Assembly (NCBI GenBank): GCA_023213235.1
Contig: CP096137.1
Location: 3,374,437 to 3,438,436 of the forward strand
DNA length: 64,000 nucleotides
Direction of reading: 5' to 3'
From: Elusimicrobiota bacterium
GTDB taxonomy: Bacteria; Elusimicrobiota; Elusimicrobia; UBA1565; UBA9628
The position numbers and the translations under genes are program-made. How positions within the stretch are numbered: the first letter of the stretch is position 1; every line of letters starts with the position of its first letter. Positions 53,011 to 64,000 of this stretch are shown here, piece by piece. The notes under the pieces were generated by a model. The model was not told the DNA's origin. It ran no database searches and saw only the letters and a list, made by a program, of their open reading frames with translations.

Positions 53011-53214
53011 TTAGAGCTTGCGGACGTTCGCGGCGCGCGGCCCCTTGTCGGAAGCCTGCACGTCGAACTCGACGGCCTGATTCTCGGCCAAAGTCTTGAA
53101 GCCTTCGCCCGTGATGGACGTGTGGTGGACGAACAGGTCCTTGGACCCGTCATCCGGCGTGATGAAGCCGAAGCCCTTCTGATCGTTGAACCACTTCACT
53201 TTTCCGGTAGCCAT
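53011..53214 (-). CDS. cspA: Cold-shock protein
   Basis: GKVKWFN..KGFGFI, DLFVH, GPRAANV. Confidence 0.95.
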   Translation of the reverse strand: MATGKVKWFNDQKGFGFITPDDGSKDLFVHHTSITGEGFKTLAENQAVEFDVQASDKGPRAANVRKL

Positions 53215-53305
53215 TGTCTGTATGTCCTCTTATGTACGTCTACGTCGGGAAAGACGTATTCCCTACCTCTATTCTACCACGGGATGGCCCGCGAAAGAGG
53301 CAGAA

Positions 53306-53904
53306 TTATTGTAAAGCCGAGGTGAAGAACGCGCGTAGGCGGGCGGCGCTCTTGACGCCCGGCTTCTTCCCCTCGACGCCGGAGCTGACGTCGAGCGCCC
53401 AGGGACGGGCGGCGCGGGCCGCCTCGGCGGCGTTCTCGGGGTGAGGCCCCCGGCCAGGATCGCGCGCGCGCCGGTGACGCGCCAGGAGGCCGCCGTGCGC
53501 CAGGCCCGCCGCCGGGCCTTTTCCGAGGGACCGCGCCCGGCGCGGCGGTCGGCATCCGTGCGGGCGGGCTCGATGAGCACCATTTTCCCGCGCAGCGGCC
53601 GCGCGTCGAGGCTGACGGCCTGGATCACGCGCACGCCGACGCCGCGGGGCACCGCGCCGTAGACCTGGACCGCGTCGAGCTTGAGCTCGCGCGCGACCCG
53701 GCGCAATTCCTCGGCCGCCACGTTCTTGAAGACGCCCACGGCGAGGACGCCTTTGGGGATCGCGGCGCGGACTTTGCGGGCCTTGGGCGGGGTGAGGTAG
53801 CGCGGGGTGTTGGGGACGAAGATCATGCCGACGGCCCAGGCGCCGAGCTTGGCCGCGAGGCGGGCGTCCTGAGGGCGGGTCACGCCGCAGACCTTGATTC
53901 TCAT
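53306..53904 (-). CDS. trpF: Phosphoribosylanthranilate isomerase (frameshift near 53445)
   Basis: RIKVCGVT, ILAGGLTP; the shifted frame gives WALDVSSGVE..PGVKS. Confidence 0.85.
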
Positions 53905-54681
53905 GTCAGGAAGGTTTGGAGGGCGACGGCGGGGTAGGGTGACTTCATGAAGGAAGTCCCGACGAGAAAGCCTTTATAGCCGACGGCTGATAGGGCGTCG
54001 ATGTCGGCACGGCTGCGCAAACCGCTTTCGGCGACGGCGGTACGGCCCTTGAGCATCGGAGCTAAACGACGCGCCACGGCTAGATCGACATGGAGCGTCT
54101 TTAAATCACGGCTATTAACCCCGATGACAGCGTCGCCGGCGGCTAACGCCGCCTCGGCTTCGGCCTCGTCGTGAGCTTCGATGAGAACGGATAAACCTAA
54201 GGAACGGGCGGCGCCTTGCATGGCCGAGAGTTTAGGACCTAAGAGGGCAGCGATGAGCAAGACCGCGTCGGCCCCGATGGAACGGGCCAGCTCGAACTGA
54301 TAGGGGTCGATCATGAAGTCTTTCATCAACAACGGCGTGTTCGGCAATTCTTTTCTGGCCTCGAGCAAAAAGCTCGGATCGCCCTTGAAGTGATCCTGTT
54401 CCGTTAAGATCGAAATCGCCGCGGCGCCGGTTCGTGCGTACGCGTGCGCGATGTCCGCGGCGGCGTGCGCCGAGGGATTCGGCCGCAGGACGCCCTCCGA
54501 CGGGGAGTGGAACTTCACCTCCGCGATGATGCGCGGGCCGTCGCCGTGCAGGGCCGCGTCGAGCGACAGCGGCTTGCGGGCGTAAAGCGGCGACTCCTTG
54601 AGCCGGGAGACGGGGCTCTCTTTCTTCAGCGCCTCGACGCGGCGCGCGGTGCTCTCCGCGATCTTGCCCAGCACGCCGAGT

Positions 54682-54689
<8 letters not shown>
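53901..54689 (-). CDS. trpC: Indole-3-glycerol-phosphate synthase
   Basis: IIAEVK..SPS, LMKDF, GADAVLLI, GVNSRDL, AESG. Confidence 0.93.
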
Positions 54690-55701
<1,012 letters not shown>

Positions 55702-55704
55702 CAG

Positions 55705-55736
55705 AGTTCAACGTTGAACTGTAGCCGGCTACAGTT
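55705..55736. repeat. Two overlapping perfect palindromes upstream of trpD
   Basis: AGTTCAACGTTGAACT (55705-55720) and AACTGTAGCCGGCTACAGTT (55717-55736). Confidence 0.85.
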
Positions 55737-56394
55737 TCGGCAAGGTGAGCTTGAAGGTCGAGCCCTTCGGCGAGGACTCGTGCGAGATCGAGCCGCCCAT
55801 CCCATCTAAAAACTTTCGCGCCAGCGAAAGCCCGAGGCCCATGCCCTTCGGCTTGGTCGTCATGAAGGCCTCGTACATCAAGGGCTCGATCTTGGCGTCG
55901 ACGCCCTTGCCGGAGTCGCTCACGACGACGGAGAGATCCTTGCCGGCGGCGGTCGTCACCTTCACCGTCCCCTTGTCTTCCTGCGCGGCGAAGGCGTTGT
56001 CGAGGAGGCGGCGCACCGCGTCGGCCAGCGCCTTGCCGTCGAACTTGCCGCTCACACCCTTGGCGCCGGGCTTGAAGTCGACCTTCCCGCCCTCGGGCGC
56101 CTTGTAGCCCGCGACGGCGTCGCCGACGACGGAGTCGAGCGCCTGGGTCTCGGCGGCGGGCTCGTACGGGCGCGAGAAGGTCAGCATGTCGCCGAGCAGG
56201 CCGTCGGCGCGGGCGATCTCGGCCTCGATGATCTTCAGGTGCTTCTCCACCTTGGGATCGAGCTTCGTCTGCCCGAGCTTGGCGCGCACGAAGTAGGCCG
56301 AGTTGTTGATCACGGCCATCGGGTTGCGCAGGTCGTGGCCGATGACGGACGCCGCGCGGCGCAGAAGCTCCTGCTGGGCCTTGTCGAGAGCCAT
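55729..56394 (-). CDS. Sensorless histidine kinase (HisKA + HATPase_c only)
   Basis: GHDLRNP H-box, LLDNA, SDSGKG, FMTTKPKGMGLGL; TGATG overlap with fumC. Confidence 0.85.
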   Translation of the reverse strand: MALDKAQQELLRRAASVIGHDLRNPMAVINNSAYFVRAKLGQTKLDPKVEKHLKIIEAEIARADGLLGDMLTFSRPYEPAAETQALDSVVGDAVAGYKAPEGGKVDFKPGAKGVSGKFDGKALADAVRRLLDNAFAAQEDKGTVKVTTAAGKDLSVVVSDSGKGVDAKIEPLMYEAFMTTKPKGMGLGLSLARKFLDGMGGSISHESSPKGSTFKLTLPKL

Positions 56395-57808
56395 CAGAGC
56401 CCCGGCTTCGTCATCTGCTCGGGCTTGATCCAGTCCGCGAACTGCTTCTCATTGACGAGCTTGAGCTTCAGCGCGGCCTCTTTCAGCGTCAACCCCTCGG
56501 CGTGCGCGGTCTTGGCGATCTTCGCCGCCGAGTCGTAACCGATGTGGGTGTTCAACGCCGTGACGAGCATCAACGAACGGCGCATGAGCTCATCGATGCG
56601 CTTCTCGTCGGGCTCGATGCCGGCGGCGCAGTGCTCGGAGAAGCCGCGCGCGCCCGCGGCCAGGAGCTTCGCCGAGTGCAGGAAGTTGTGGATGATCAGC
56701 GGCTTGAAGACGTTCAGCTCGAAGTTGCCGGAGGCGCCGCCGACGTTGATCGCCGCGTCGTTGCCGAGCACCTGCGCGCAGATCATCGTGACGGCCTCGC
56801 TCTGCGTCGGGTTGACCTTGCCGGGCATGATCGAGGAGCCGGGCTCGTTCTCGGGGATGCGGATCTCGCCCAGGCCCGCGCGCGGCCCGGAGGCCAGCCA
56901 GCGCACGTCGTTGGCGATCTTGTTCATCGAGCAGGCGAGCGTCTTCAAGGCGCCGTGCGCGAAGACGAGCGCGTCATGCCCGGCCAAAGCTTCGAATTTA
57001 TTCGGAGCGGGCTTGAACGGGAGCTTCGTCAATTTGGCTATGTGAGCCGCCGCTTTCTTGTCGAAATCCGGATGCGTGTTCAATCCGGTGCCGACGGCGG
57101 TGCCGCCGATGGCGAGTTCGTACAGCCCTGGAAGCACGGCGTCGATACGGGCAAGATCCGCATCCAACATGGCCGCCCAGCCGCCGATCTCCTGGCCCAA
57201 CGTCAACGGAACGGCGTCCATCAAGTGGGTCCGGCCGATCTTCACGATCTTATCGAACTGCTTCGCCTTCTTTTAAGAACGTCCCTCAGTCCCTTAACGG
57301 CGGGGATCAGATCATGGACCAATGTTTCAACGGCGGCGATGTGCATGGCCGTGGGAAAAGTATCGTTCGAAGACTGGGACTTGTTGACGTCGTCGTTGGG
57401 GTGGATCGGCTTCTTGGAGCCCATCTCGCCCTTGGCCATCTCGATGGCGCGATTGGAAATGACCTCGTTGCCGTTCATGTTCGACTGCGTGCCCGAGCCG
57501 GTCTGCCAGACCACGAGCGGGAAGTGCGCGTCGAGCGCGCCGGAGATGACCTCGTCGGCGGCGGCGCAGATCAGTTTTTCCTTGTCCTTGGGCAGGAGGC
57601 CGAGCTCGCAGTTGGCCATCGCGGCGGCCTTCTTGAGGACGCCCATCGCGCGGATCATCTCGCGCGTGAGCGTGTCGCGGCCGGCGCCGGCCTGGAAGTG
57701 GTGGAGGGAGCGCTCGGTCTGGGCGCCCCAGTAGCGGTCGGCGGCGACGGGAATCTCTCCCATCGTGTCCTTCTCCAGCCGGGTTTTCTTCGAGATCGTG
57801 GCGTTCAT
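56394..57808 (-). CDS. fumC: Fumarate hydratase class II (frameshift in the A-run near 57272)
   Basis: [44 protein letters not shown]. Confidence 0.95.
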
Positions 57809-57825
57809 GCCACGATGATATAAAA

Positions 57826-58463
57826 CTACTCGTCGTCTTTGAGCAGCTGGACGTTCGCCTTCCAGTAGCGCGGCTCGATCTCGATGCCCGCGACCGGACG
57901 GATGGGCCCCCAGTCCTCGTACAGGTAGACCATCTTGTCGGGATCGGACTTCTGCTTGAGCCAGCCGTCGAAGACGACGCTCGTGTACTTCCAGTCCGTG
58001 CCCGCGGGGTAGACGAGCACCGCGTTGTGCTGCGTCGGCGGCAGGCCGTAGCGGACCTTCGCGACGACGAGGCTGCTGCCCGCCGGCAGCAGAGGCTTGA
58101 GCGCGTTGAAGGTGACGGTCTGGTGCGAGATGCACCCCCGCTCGAGGTTGCCGCTTCCGAACAGCTTGAAGCTGTCTTCGATGTTGGTCAGCGTGCCGTT
58201 GCCGTAGGCGTCGGCGGTCGCGCTCGGGTACCGGGCGTGCAGGCGGGCGACGGCGTCGCTCGCGGCCTGGACCAGCGGGCCGAAGTCGGCCATGTTCTGC
58301 ACCGACCACTTCATGCCCCGGTCGGACAGGTCGACGGCCTTGTGGAGTGGAATACCCGCGCGCCTGAAGCCGTCGTGGCCGGCGCGGACCTTCGCGGAAT
58401 CGGGCGCGGCCGTTTGAGCGAGGGCGGGGAGGGCGGCGAGGACTAGAATGGCGAGGGGGCCAT
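57826..58463 (-). CDS. Secreted hypothetical protein with putative papain/transglutaminase-like Cys-His-Asp triad (frameshift just after the ATG)
   Basis: Signal peptide [13 protein letters not shown]; RGCISHQ, QHNAVLV, VVFDGW. Confidence 0.55.
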
Positions 58464-58483
58464 ACCCGCAGTATGGCCCCCTC
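58453..58483. promoter_or_regulatory. 13-bp inverted repeat covering the -10 and start codon
   Basis: GAGGGGGCCATAC-N5-GTATGGCCCCCTC; on the minus strand TTGAAA-16-CATACT-6-ATG. Confidence 0.55.
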
Positions 58484-58505
58484 CCGTCGTATTTCAAGCC
58501 CTTTT

Positions 58506-59569
58506 TTAATCGCCGAGCACCGACTCCGGGCGCAGGAAATGGCAGGTGTAGCCGTCGGGCAGCTTCTCGAGGTAGTCCTGGTGGTCTTCCTCGGCCTTCC
58601 ACCAGGCGCCGGCCTTCGTGATCTCGGTGACGACGGGCTTGCCCCACTTGCCGCGCTCGTCCACGCGCTTCTTGAACGCCTCGGCGGTCTTCTTCTGCGC
58701 CTCGCTGAGGTAGAAGATCGCCGACCGGTAGGACGAGCCGCGGTCGTTGCCCTGGCGGTTCAAGGTCGTCGGGTCGTGCATGCGGAAGAACCAGCGCAGC
58801 AAGGTCTCGAACGTCAGCTTCGAGGGGTCGAAGACGATCTTGACCGCCTCGGCGTGGCCCTCGTGGTTGCGGTAGGTCGCGTTCTCGACGGGCCCGCCCG
58901 TGTAGCCGACCTCGGTCTGGAGCACCCCGGGAATTTTTCTGAGGATGTGCTGCATGCCCCAGAAGCAGCCGCCCGCGAGGTACGCCGTCTCGGTCTTGGC
59001 CGGCGCGGCCGCGGCCTTGGCCTTCGCGGCGACGGCGTCCTTGTTGAAGAGCGGCAGGTACTGGCCGTAGCCCTCGGCCTCGAGCTTGGCCACGGGGATG
59101 AAGCGCAGGCTCGCGGAGTTGATGCAGAAGCGCAGGCCGCCCTTGTCCTTGGGGCCGTCGTCGAAGACGTGCCCCAGGTGGCTGTCGCCGTGCTTGGAGC
59201 GGACCTCGGTGCGGATCATGCCGTAGGCGCGGTCCTTCTTCTCGACGACGTTCTCGGCGTCGATCGGCTTGGTGAAGGACGGCCAGCCGGTGCCGGAGTC
59301 GAACTTGTCCGTGGAGGAGAACAGCGGCTCGCCGCTGGCGACGTCGACGTAGATGCCGGCCTCGTGGTGGTTCCAGTAGGCGTTGTGGAAGGCGGGCTCG
59401 GTGTCGGAGTTGCAGACGACGGCGAATTGCTCGGGGTGAGCTTCTTCTTGAGCTCGTCCTTCGAGGGCTTGGAGTAGGTCATCTTCTTCTTGGCCTCCTT
59501 CTTGGGCGGCGCGGGCGCGGCGAACGCGAGGGCCGGCGCCAGCAGCAGTCCGACAAAAAGTCGCGTCAT
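58506..59569 (-). CDS. msrAB: Exported MsrB-MsrA fusion methionine sulfoxide reductase (frameshift near 59440)
   Basis: Signal peptide; [26 protein letters not shown]; [20 protein letters not shown]. Confidence 0.9.
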
Positions 59570-59645
59570 GGATCGGGGGATCATAGCACTCATGAGTGTC
59601 CGGGGCGTGCCGGGCATGACACGGTGAAATGATAGGATCGAAAAC

Positions 59646-60379
59646 ATGAACGGAGCTTCCGTCGGCTACGGCGCGGCGTTCCTGGGAGGGCTGCTGTCCT
59701 TCCTGTCGCCGTGCGTCCTGCCGCTGGTGCCGGGCTACGTCTCCTTCATGAGCGGGCTCACGATCGACGAACTGGCCCACGGCGCCGGCGAGAAGGCCGC
59801 CGCGCGCCACGCGGGCTGGGAGTCCCTGTTCTTCGTCGCGGGTTTCACCGTCGTGTTCACCGCGCTCGGCGCGACCGCGACCGCCGCGGGCCGCCTGCTC
59901 GCCGAGCACGCGGCGGTCGTCTCCAAGCTCGCGGGCGCCGTCGTGCTCGCCTTCGGCCTGCACATGACCGGGCTGCTGCCCATCAAGTGGCTGTACTATC
60001 AGAAGCGCGCCGACGTCGCCGCGTTCAAGCCGGGCTACGCCGGATCCTTCCTGATGGGCCTGGCCTTCGCCTTCGGCTGGACGCCGTGCATCGGCCCGGT
60101 GCTGGGCACGATCCTCTCCCTCGCCGCCACGCGCGAGACCGTCGGCCAAGGGGTCGCGCTGCTGCTCACCTACTCCCTCGGTCTCGGGATTCCCTTCGTC
60201 CTGACCGCCTTCGCCATCGGCAGGTTCCTCAAGGCCTTCGCGAAGTACAAAAGCACATCCACGTCGGCGAGAAGATCGCGGGCGTCCTGCTCATCGTCGT
60301 GGGGCTTTTGATCTTCTTCGATCGATTGGCCATGCTCAATCGTTTCGTGCCCAAGTTTCTGGAGAGGTTTTTAATATGA
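59646..60379 (+). CDS. ccdA: Cytochrome c biogenesis CcdA/DsbD-like thiol transporter (frameshift near 60255)
   Basis: [34 protein letters not shown]. Confidence 0.88.
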
Positions 60380-60866
60380 GCGGACGCTTCCTCCTTCTCG
60401 CGGCAGTTCTTCTCTCGTTCGCGTGCTCTCCTTCCGCGGTCCCCGGCGCCGCCGACGGCGCCGCCCCGCGCTGTCCGGCAAGACGTTGGACGGCAAGTCC
60501 GTTTCTCTGTCCGACTATAAAGGCAAGGTCGTGCTCGTCGACTTCTGGGCCACCTGGTGCGGCCCGTGCAAGACCGAGATCCCCGAGCTCATCAAGCTGC
60601 AGGACGAGCTCGGCCCCAAGGGCTTCGTCGTGCTCGGCGTCTCGATGGACGAGGAGACGGAGTCCGTGGCGCCCTTCGCCAAGCGCGCGAAAATCAATTA
60701 TCCCGTGATCCTGCTCGGCGGCGAAACCGCGCCGAAAGGCTGGACCGTGCCCGGGCTGCCGACGGCGTACCTGATCGGACGCGACGGGAGCGCCGTCCTG
60801 CGGCTGTTCGGCTCGAAGTCCGTCGGGAAGCTCAAGACGGAGGTCGAAGCCGCCCTTGCGCGCTAA
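60376..60866 (+). CDS. TlpA-family thioredoxin-like lipoprotein (frameshift near 60460)
   Basis: LSFA-C lipobox; KGKVVLVDFWATWCGPC, LPT.YLI. Confidence 0.85.
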
Positions 60867-61659
60867 CGCCCTTCTCGCGGTACTGCTCGCCTGTCCCGCC
60901 GCCGCGGACTCCGGGCTCAAGGCGTTCCCGCGGGCCGACGAACTCTTCCCGGTCCTTCTCGCGGCGCCGAAGCAGTTCCAACTCGCGGCGTCCCGCTACG
61001 TGCTCAACGACAAATCGTACTCGGACCTGTCGCTCGGACACGCGTGGGGCCTGCTGCGGGGCCGGGCCGGCGACCAGATGACGCAGTGGCAGTGGGACGC
61101 GCGCGCGATGTCCTACTCGCGCTGGGGCGGTCACGGCCTCGAGGCCGTCGACCTCCTGGGCGAGCTGCCCGTCGCGGTGCGCCGCGGAGACGTCAGCGCC
61201 CTCGGCTCGCTGTTTTACGAGAGTTCGCACCTGGGCGACGACCACATCCGGCGCACGGGGCGCCCGGCGCGGCGGACGAACGCCACGGGCCTGCGCCTGA
61301 TCGCCGCGATCGAACCCTGGACCTGGCTTCGGACGTACGGCGGCGCCTCGTTCCTGCTCGACACCGAGCCGTCGCCGAAGCGCTGGGGCCTGCAGGCCGG
61401 CGCCGAAGTCATGAGCGGCGACCTCGGCCTTTCGCAGGCCGTCCCGGTGCGGCTCTACGCCGCCGAGGACCTGCAGTTCCCGGAGCGCGTGGGCTTCAAC
61501 CCGAACTCCCACGCCGTCATCGGCGCTCAACTCGGGTGGAAGGGCTCGCGCAGGACCGCCCGCCTGCAGGTCGGCTACTACTCCGGGCACTCGTACTTCG
61601 GCCAGTTCCAGGCCGACCGCGAGCACTTCGCGGACGTGGCCGTGATCCTCGAGCTTTGA
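60856..61659 (+). CDS. DUF1207-like outer-membrane beta-barrel protein
   Basis: LF..LLA.PK N-terminus, ESSHLGDD motif, YYSGHSYFGQF, terminal hydrophobic residue. Confidence 0.6.
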   Translation: MRANALLAVLLACPAAADSGLKAFPRADELFPVLLAAPKQFQLAASRYVLNDKSYSDLSLGHAWGLLRGRAGDQMTQWQWDARAMSYSRWGGHGLEAVDLLGELPVAVRRGDVSALGSLFYESSHLGDDHIRRTGRPARRTNATGLRLIAAIEPWTWLRTYGGASFLLDTEPSPKRWGLQAGAEVMSGDLGLSQAVPVRLYAAEDLQFPERVGFNPNSHAVIGAQLGWKGSRRTARLQVGYYSGHSYFGQFQADREHFADVAVILEL

Positions 61660-61673
61660 TAGGATAGCCCCCG

Positions 61674-62549
61674 ATGAGCGCGCTCACCGTCAGCGTCGTC
61701 GTGCCCGCCTACAACGAGGCCGAGGCCATCGGCCAGGTCGTGGCCGATCTCCACGCCGAGCTGCTCAAGCGCGGCGTCGCCTCCGAGATCATCGTCGTCG
61801 ACGACGGGTCGACCGATAAAACGGCGGAGGCGGTAAGCCCCGCGCATGGGCGGGTGATCAAACATCCGACCAACGGCGGCTACGGCCGCGCGCTCCTGAC
61901 CGGCATCGAGGCCGCCAAGCACGAGTGGGTCCTCATGATCGACGCGGACGGCTCGTACCCTCCCTCCGAGATCCTCAAGCTGCTCGACTACGCCCCCGCC
62001 TTCGACCTCGTCATCGGCGCGCGCGAGGGCGCCCACTTCTGGGGCACGCCGACGAAGGCGTTCCTGCGCTGGGTGTACCTGCGCCTGGCTTCCTTCGTCG
62101 TCGGCGCGCGCGTGCCCGACGCGAACTCGGGCCTGCGCCTGGTGCGCAAGTCGCTCGTCGACCAGCGCGCGCTCGTCCGCTGCCTCGGCTACTCCTTCAC
62201 GACGACGATGACGCTCTCCTTCCTCATGCAGGGCCGCTTCGTGAAGTACCTGCCCATCGAGTTCCGCGCGCGCACCGGCGGGCACTCGAAGGTCAAGCCC
62301 TTCCGCGACATCCTGCGCACCCTGCAGCTCATGACCCAGGTCATGATCATCTACAACCCGCTCAAGCTGTTCGTGACGCTGACGATCCTTCTCGCGCTGA
62401 AGTCCGCGCTCCTGGCCGCCCTGGCCGTCGTCTGGGGCGTGCCGATCCTGCTGCTGTGCGCGTCGGTGGCCGGAGCCTGCGCGTTCTTCTCCTTCACCGC
62501 GGGCTGCGTGCTCGACTCCATGCGCATGCACGGACAGTGGCGCCCCTGA
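61674..62549 (+). CDS. Glycosyltransferase family 2 (DPM1-like) with C-terminal TM helices
   Basis: VVVPAYNE, VVDDGSTD, NGGYG.AL, IDADGSY, DANSGLR. Confidence 0.88.
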   Translation: MSALTVSVVVPAYNEAEAIGQVVADLHAELLKRGVASEIIVVDDGSTDKTAEAVSPAHGRVIKHPTNGGYGRALLTGIEAAKHEWVLMIDADGSYPPSEILKLLDYAPAFDLVIGAREGAHFWGTPTKAFLRWVYLRLASFVVGARVPDANSGLRLVRKSLVDQRALVRCLGYSFTTTMTLSFLMQGRFVKYLPIEFRARTGGHSKVKPFRDILRTLQLMTQVMIIYNPLKLFVTLTILLALKSALLAALAVVWGVPILLLCASVAGACAFFSFTAGCVLDSMRMHGQWRP

Positions 62550-64000
62550 ACCTCGTCGTCGGCTCCGGCCCGTCCGGAGTCGCCGCCGCCTCCGCGCTGC
62601 TCGACGCAGGCCGTGAAGTCCTGATGGTCGACCTCGGCCGCTCCGCCGTCCCCGGCGCGCGCCCCGAGGAGCCCGAGGGCGATCCGCCGCGCAAGCTGGC
62701 GCTCGGCTCGAGCCATCCGTATATGTCGGACGCCGAGGCGGGCCTCGTGCAGCATGGGACCAAGTGCCTGGCCTCCGGCGGCCTCGGCGGGCTCTCCGCG
62801 GTTTGGGGCGCGTCGGTGCTGCCGTTTCCCGAGGACGAACTCGCCGAGTGGCCGTTTCCGGCGGCGGAGCTGCGCGCGCATTACGCACGAACAGCCGCCA
62901 TGCTCGGAATCTCGGGGATCGTCGACGGATTGGCGTCGAGGTTCCCGTTTCACGCGCCGCCCGCTCCGGCGCTGAGGCCCTCGCTTCAAGCCCAGAGCCT
63001 GCTGAACAAACTGACGGAGAACGCCGCGACCCTCAATCAGCACGGCCTCACCTTCGGACGGGCCCGTCACGCGGTCAGGGCCGAATTATGTGAATACGAC
63101 GCCGCGTGCCTCGGCGGCTGCGGCAAGCGCGCGATCTGGAGCGCGGCCGACGCCGTCGAGGCGCTGAAGAAGCGTCCCGGCTTCCGCTATCAGGGCGGCG
63201 TCCGGGTGCTCTCGATCGAGGAGCGCGGCGGCGGCGTGCGGCTCCACGTCCTGCCCGCCGGCGCCTCGCGGACCGTCGTCGACGGCGCGCGCGTCTTCGT
63301 CGGCGCGGGACCCCTGGCGACCGCGCGCCTGCTCTGCGGGTCCTTCGGCGCGCCCGCCGGGGGCCTGCCGCTGCTCGCCCAGCCGTACTTCCTGTTCCCC
63401 CTGCTTCTCGACCGCGACGTCCCCGGCGCGCCCGAGGAAAAGCTGCACACGTTGGCGCAGGTATTCCTCGAGCTTCAGGATGATGCGGTCTCCAAACGCT
63501 CGGCCCATTTCCAGCTCTACGGCCACAACTCGCTGATCGCCGAGAAGCTCCGGCGGACTCTCGGCTTGGCCGGCCCGTTCGGAGGGGCCCTCACGCGCCA
63601 TTTCGCCCCTCGCCTGCTCGCCGCGCAGGGCTACCTGCACTCCGACGAGGGAATTCCGGTTCACGTCGAGGCCGCCGGCCGCGGCGAGGACTGCCGGCTG
63701 ACGCTGACCGCGGGTTCGCGGGCGGCGACGAAGGCCGCGATCCGCCGCGCCGTCGCCAAGCTCTCGCGCCACTCCCGCGAGCTCGGCATGGCTCCGCTGA
63801 CCCCGCTGCTCAAAGTCGGCCAGCCCGGCGAGGGCAACCACGTCGGCGGCCTGTTCCCCATGCGCTCCAGCCCCGGCTCCTGGCAGACCGACCGGGTCGG
63901 GCGCCTGACGGGCCACCCGAACGTCCACCTGATCGACTCGTCCGTGCTCCCCACCCTTCCCGCCCCGACCTTCACCTACGCGATCATGGCCAACGCGTCG
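62537..64000 (+). CDS. GMC-family FAD oxidoreductase (runs off the window end)
   Basis: Hand translation from GTG 62537: VVGSGPSG, GGLGGLSAVWGA, GNHVGG, LIDSSVLP, PTFTYAIMANA. Confidence 0.8.
   Translation, partial: MAPLNLVVGSGPSGVAAASALLDAGREVLMVDLGRSAVPGARPEEPEGDPPRKLALGSSHPYMSDAEAGLVQHGTKCLASGGLGGLSAVWGASVLPFPEDELAEWPFPAAELRAHYARTAAMLGISGIVDGLASRFPFHAPPAPALRPSLQAQSLLNKLTENAATLNQHGLTFGRARHAVRAELCEYDAACLGGCGKRAIWSAADAVEALKKRPGFRYQGGVRVLSIEERGGGVRLHVLPAGASRTVVDGARVFVGAGPLATARLLCGSFGAPAGGLPLLAQPYFLFPLLLDRDVPGAPEEKLHTLAQVFLELQDDAVSKRSAHFQLYGHNSLIAEKLRRTLGLAGPFGGALTRHFAPRLLAAQGYLHSDEGIPVHVEAAGRGEDCRLTLTAGSRAATKAAIRRAVAKLSRHSRELGMAPLTPLLKVGQPGEGNHVGGLFPMRSSPGSWQTDRVGRLTGHPNVHLIDSSVLPTLPAPTFTYAIMANAS

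Overview
High-GC bacterial chromosomal window, about 75 genes and no rRNA, tRNA or CRISPR seen. Gene style suggests Elusimicrobiota, but this is inference only. About 25 genes are broken by apparent single-base losses, mostly in homopolymer runs, which points to long-read assembly error rather than real pseudogenes. Housekeeping content: lhr, amidase, asparaginase, PA0069-type radical SAM, ABC-F, rluE, yihY, tamAB-like pair, DEAD-box helicase, endonuclease I, FKBP, acnA, fumC, msrBA-ccdA-tlpA. There is also a complete shikimate plus tryptophan gene set (trpBA-aroFAECKBQ-trpEG as one operon, trpDCF nearby). Accessory or unusual content: (1) a DUF2946/CruR-like leader with a probable RAPP ribosome-arrest motif, whose codons can pair with the Shine-Dalgarno of an unannotated 43-aa secreted CC-x5-CC-x5-CC peptide; (2) a bufferin-type MNIO (DUF692) RiPP operon with a lipoprotein-type six-Cys precursor, a Deg protease, and an ECF sigma/anti-sigma pair; (3) two REP-associated tyrosine transposases, each bracketed by its own inverted repeats and each with a matching stand-alone hairpin elsewhere, plus a third orphan hairpin family; (4) a truncated, catalytically dead TrpC paralog beside an HTH gene; (5) window-wide leaderless-type promoters; (6) a Gram-positive-type LexA box in the radical SAM promoter; (7) a heme-oxygenase-like dimetal enzyme with a divergent LysR.
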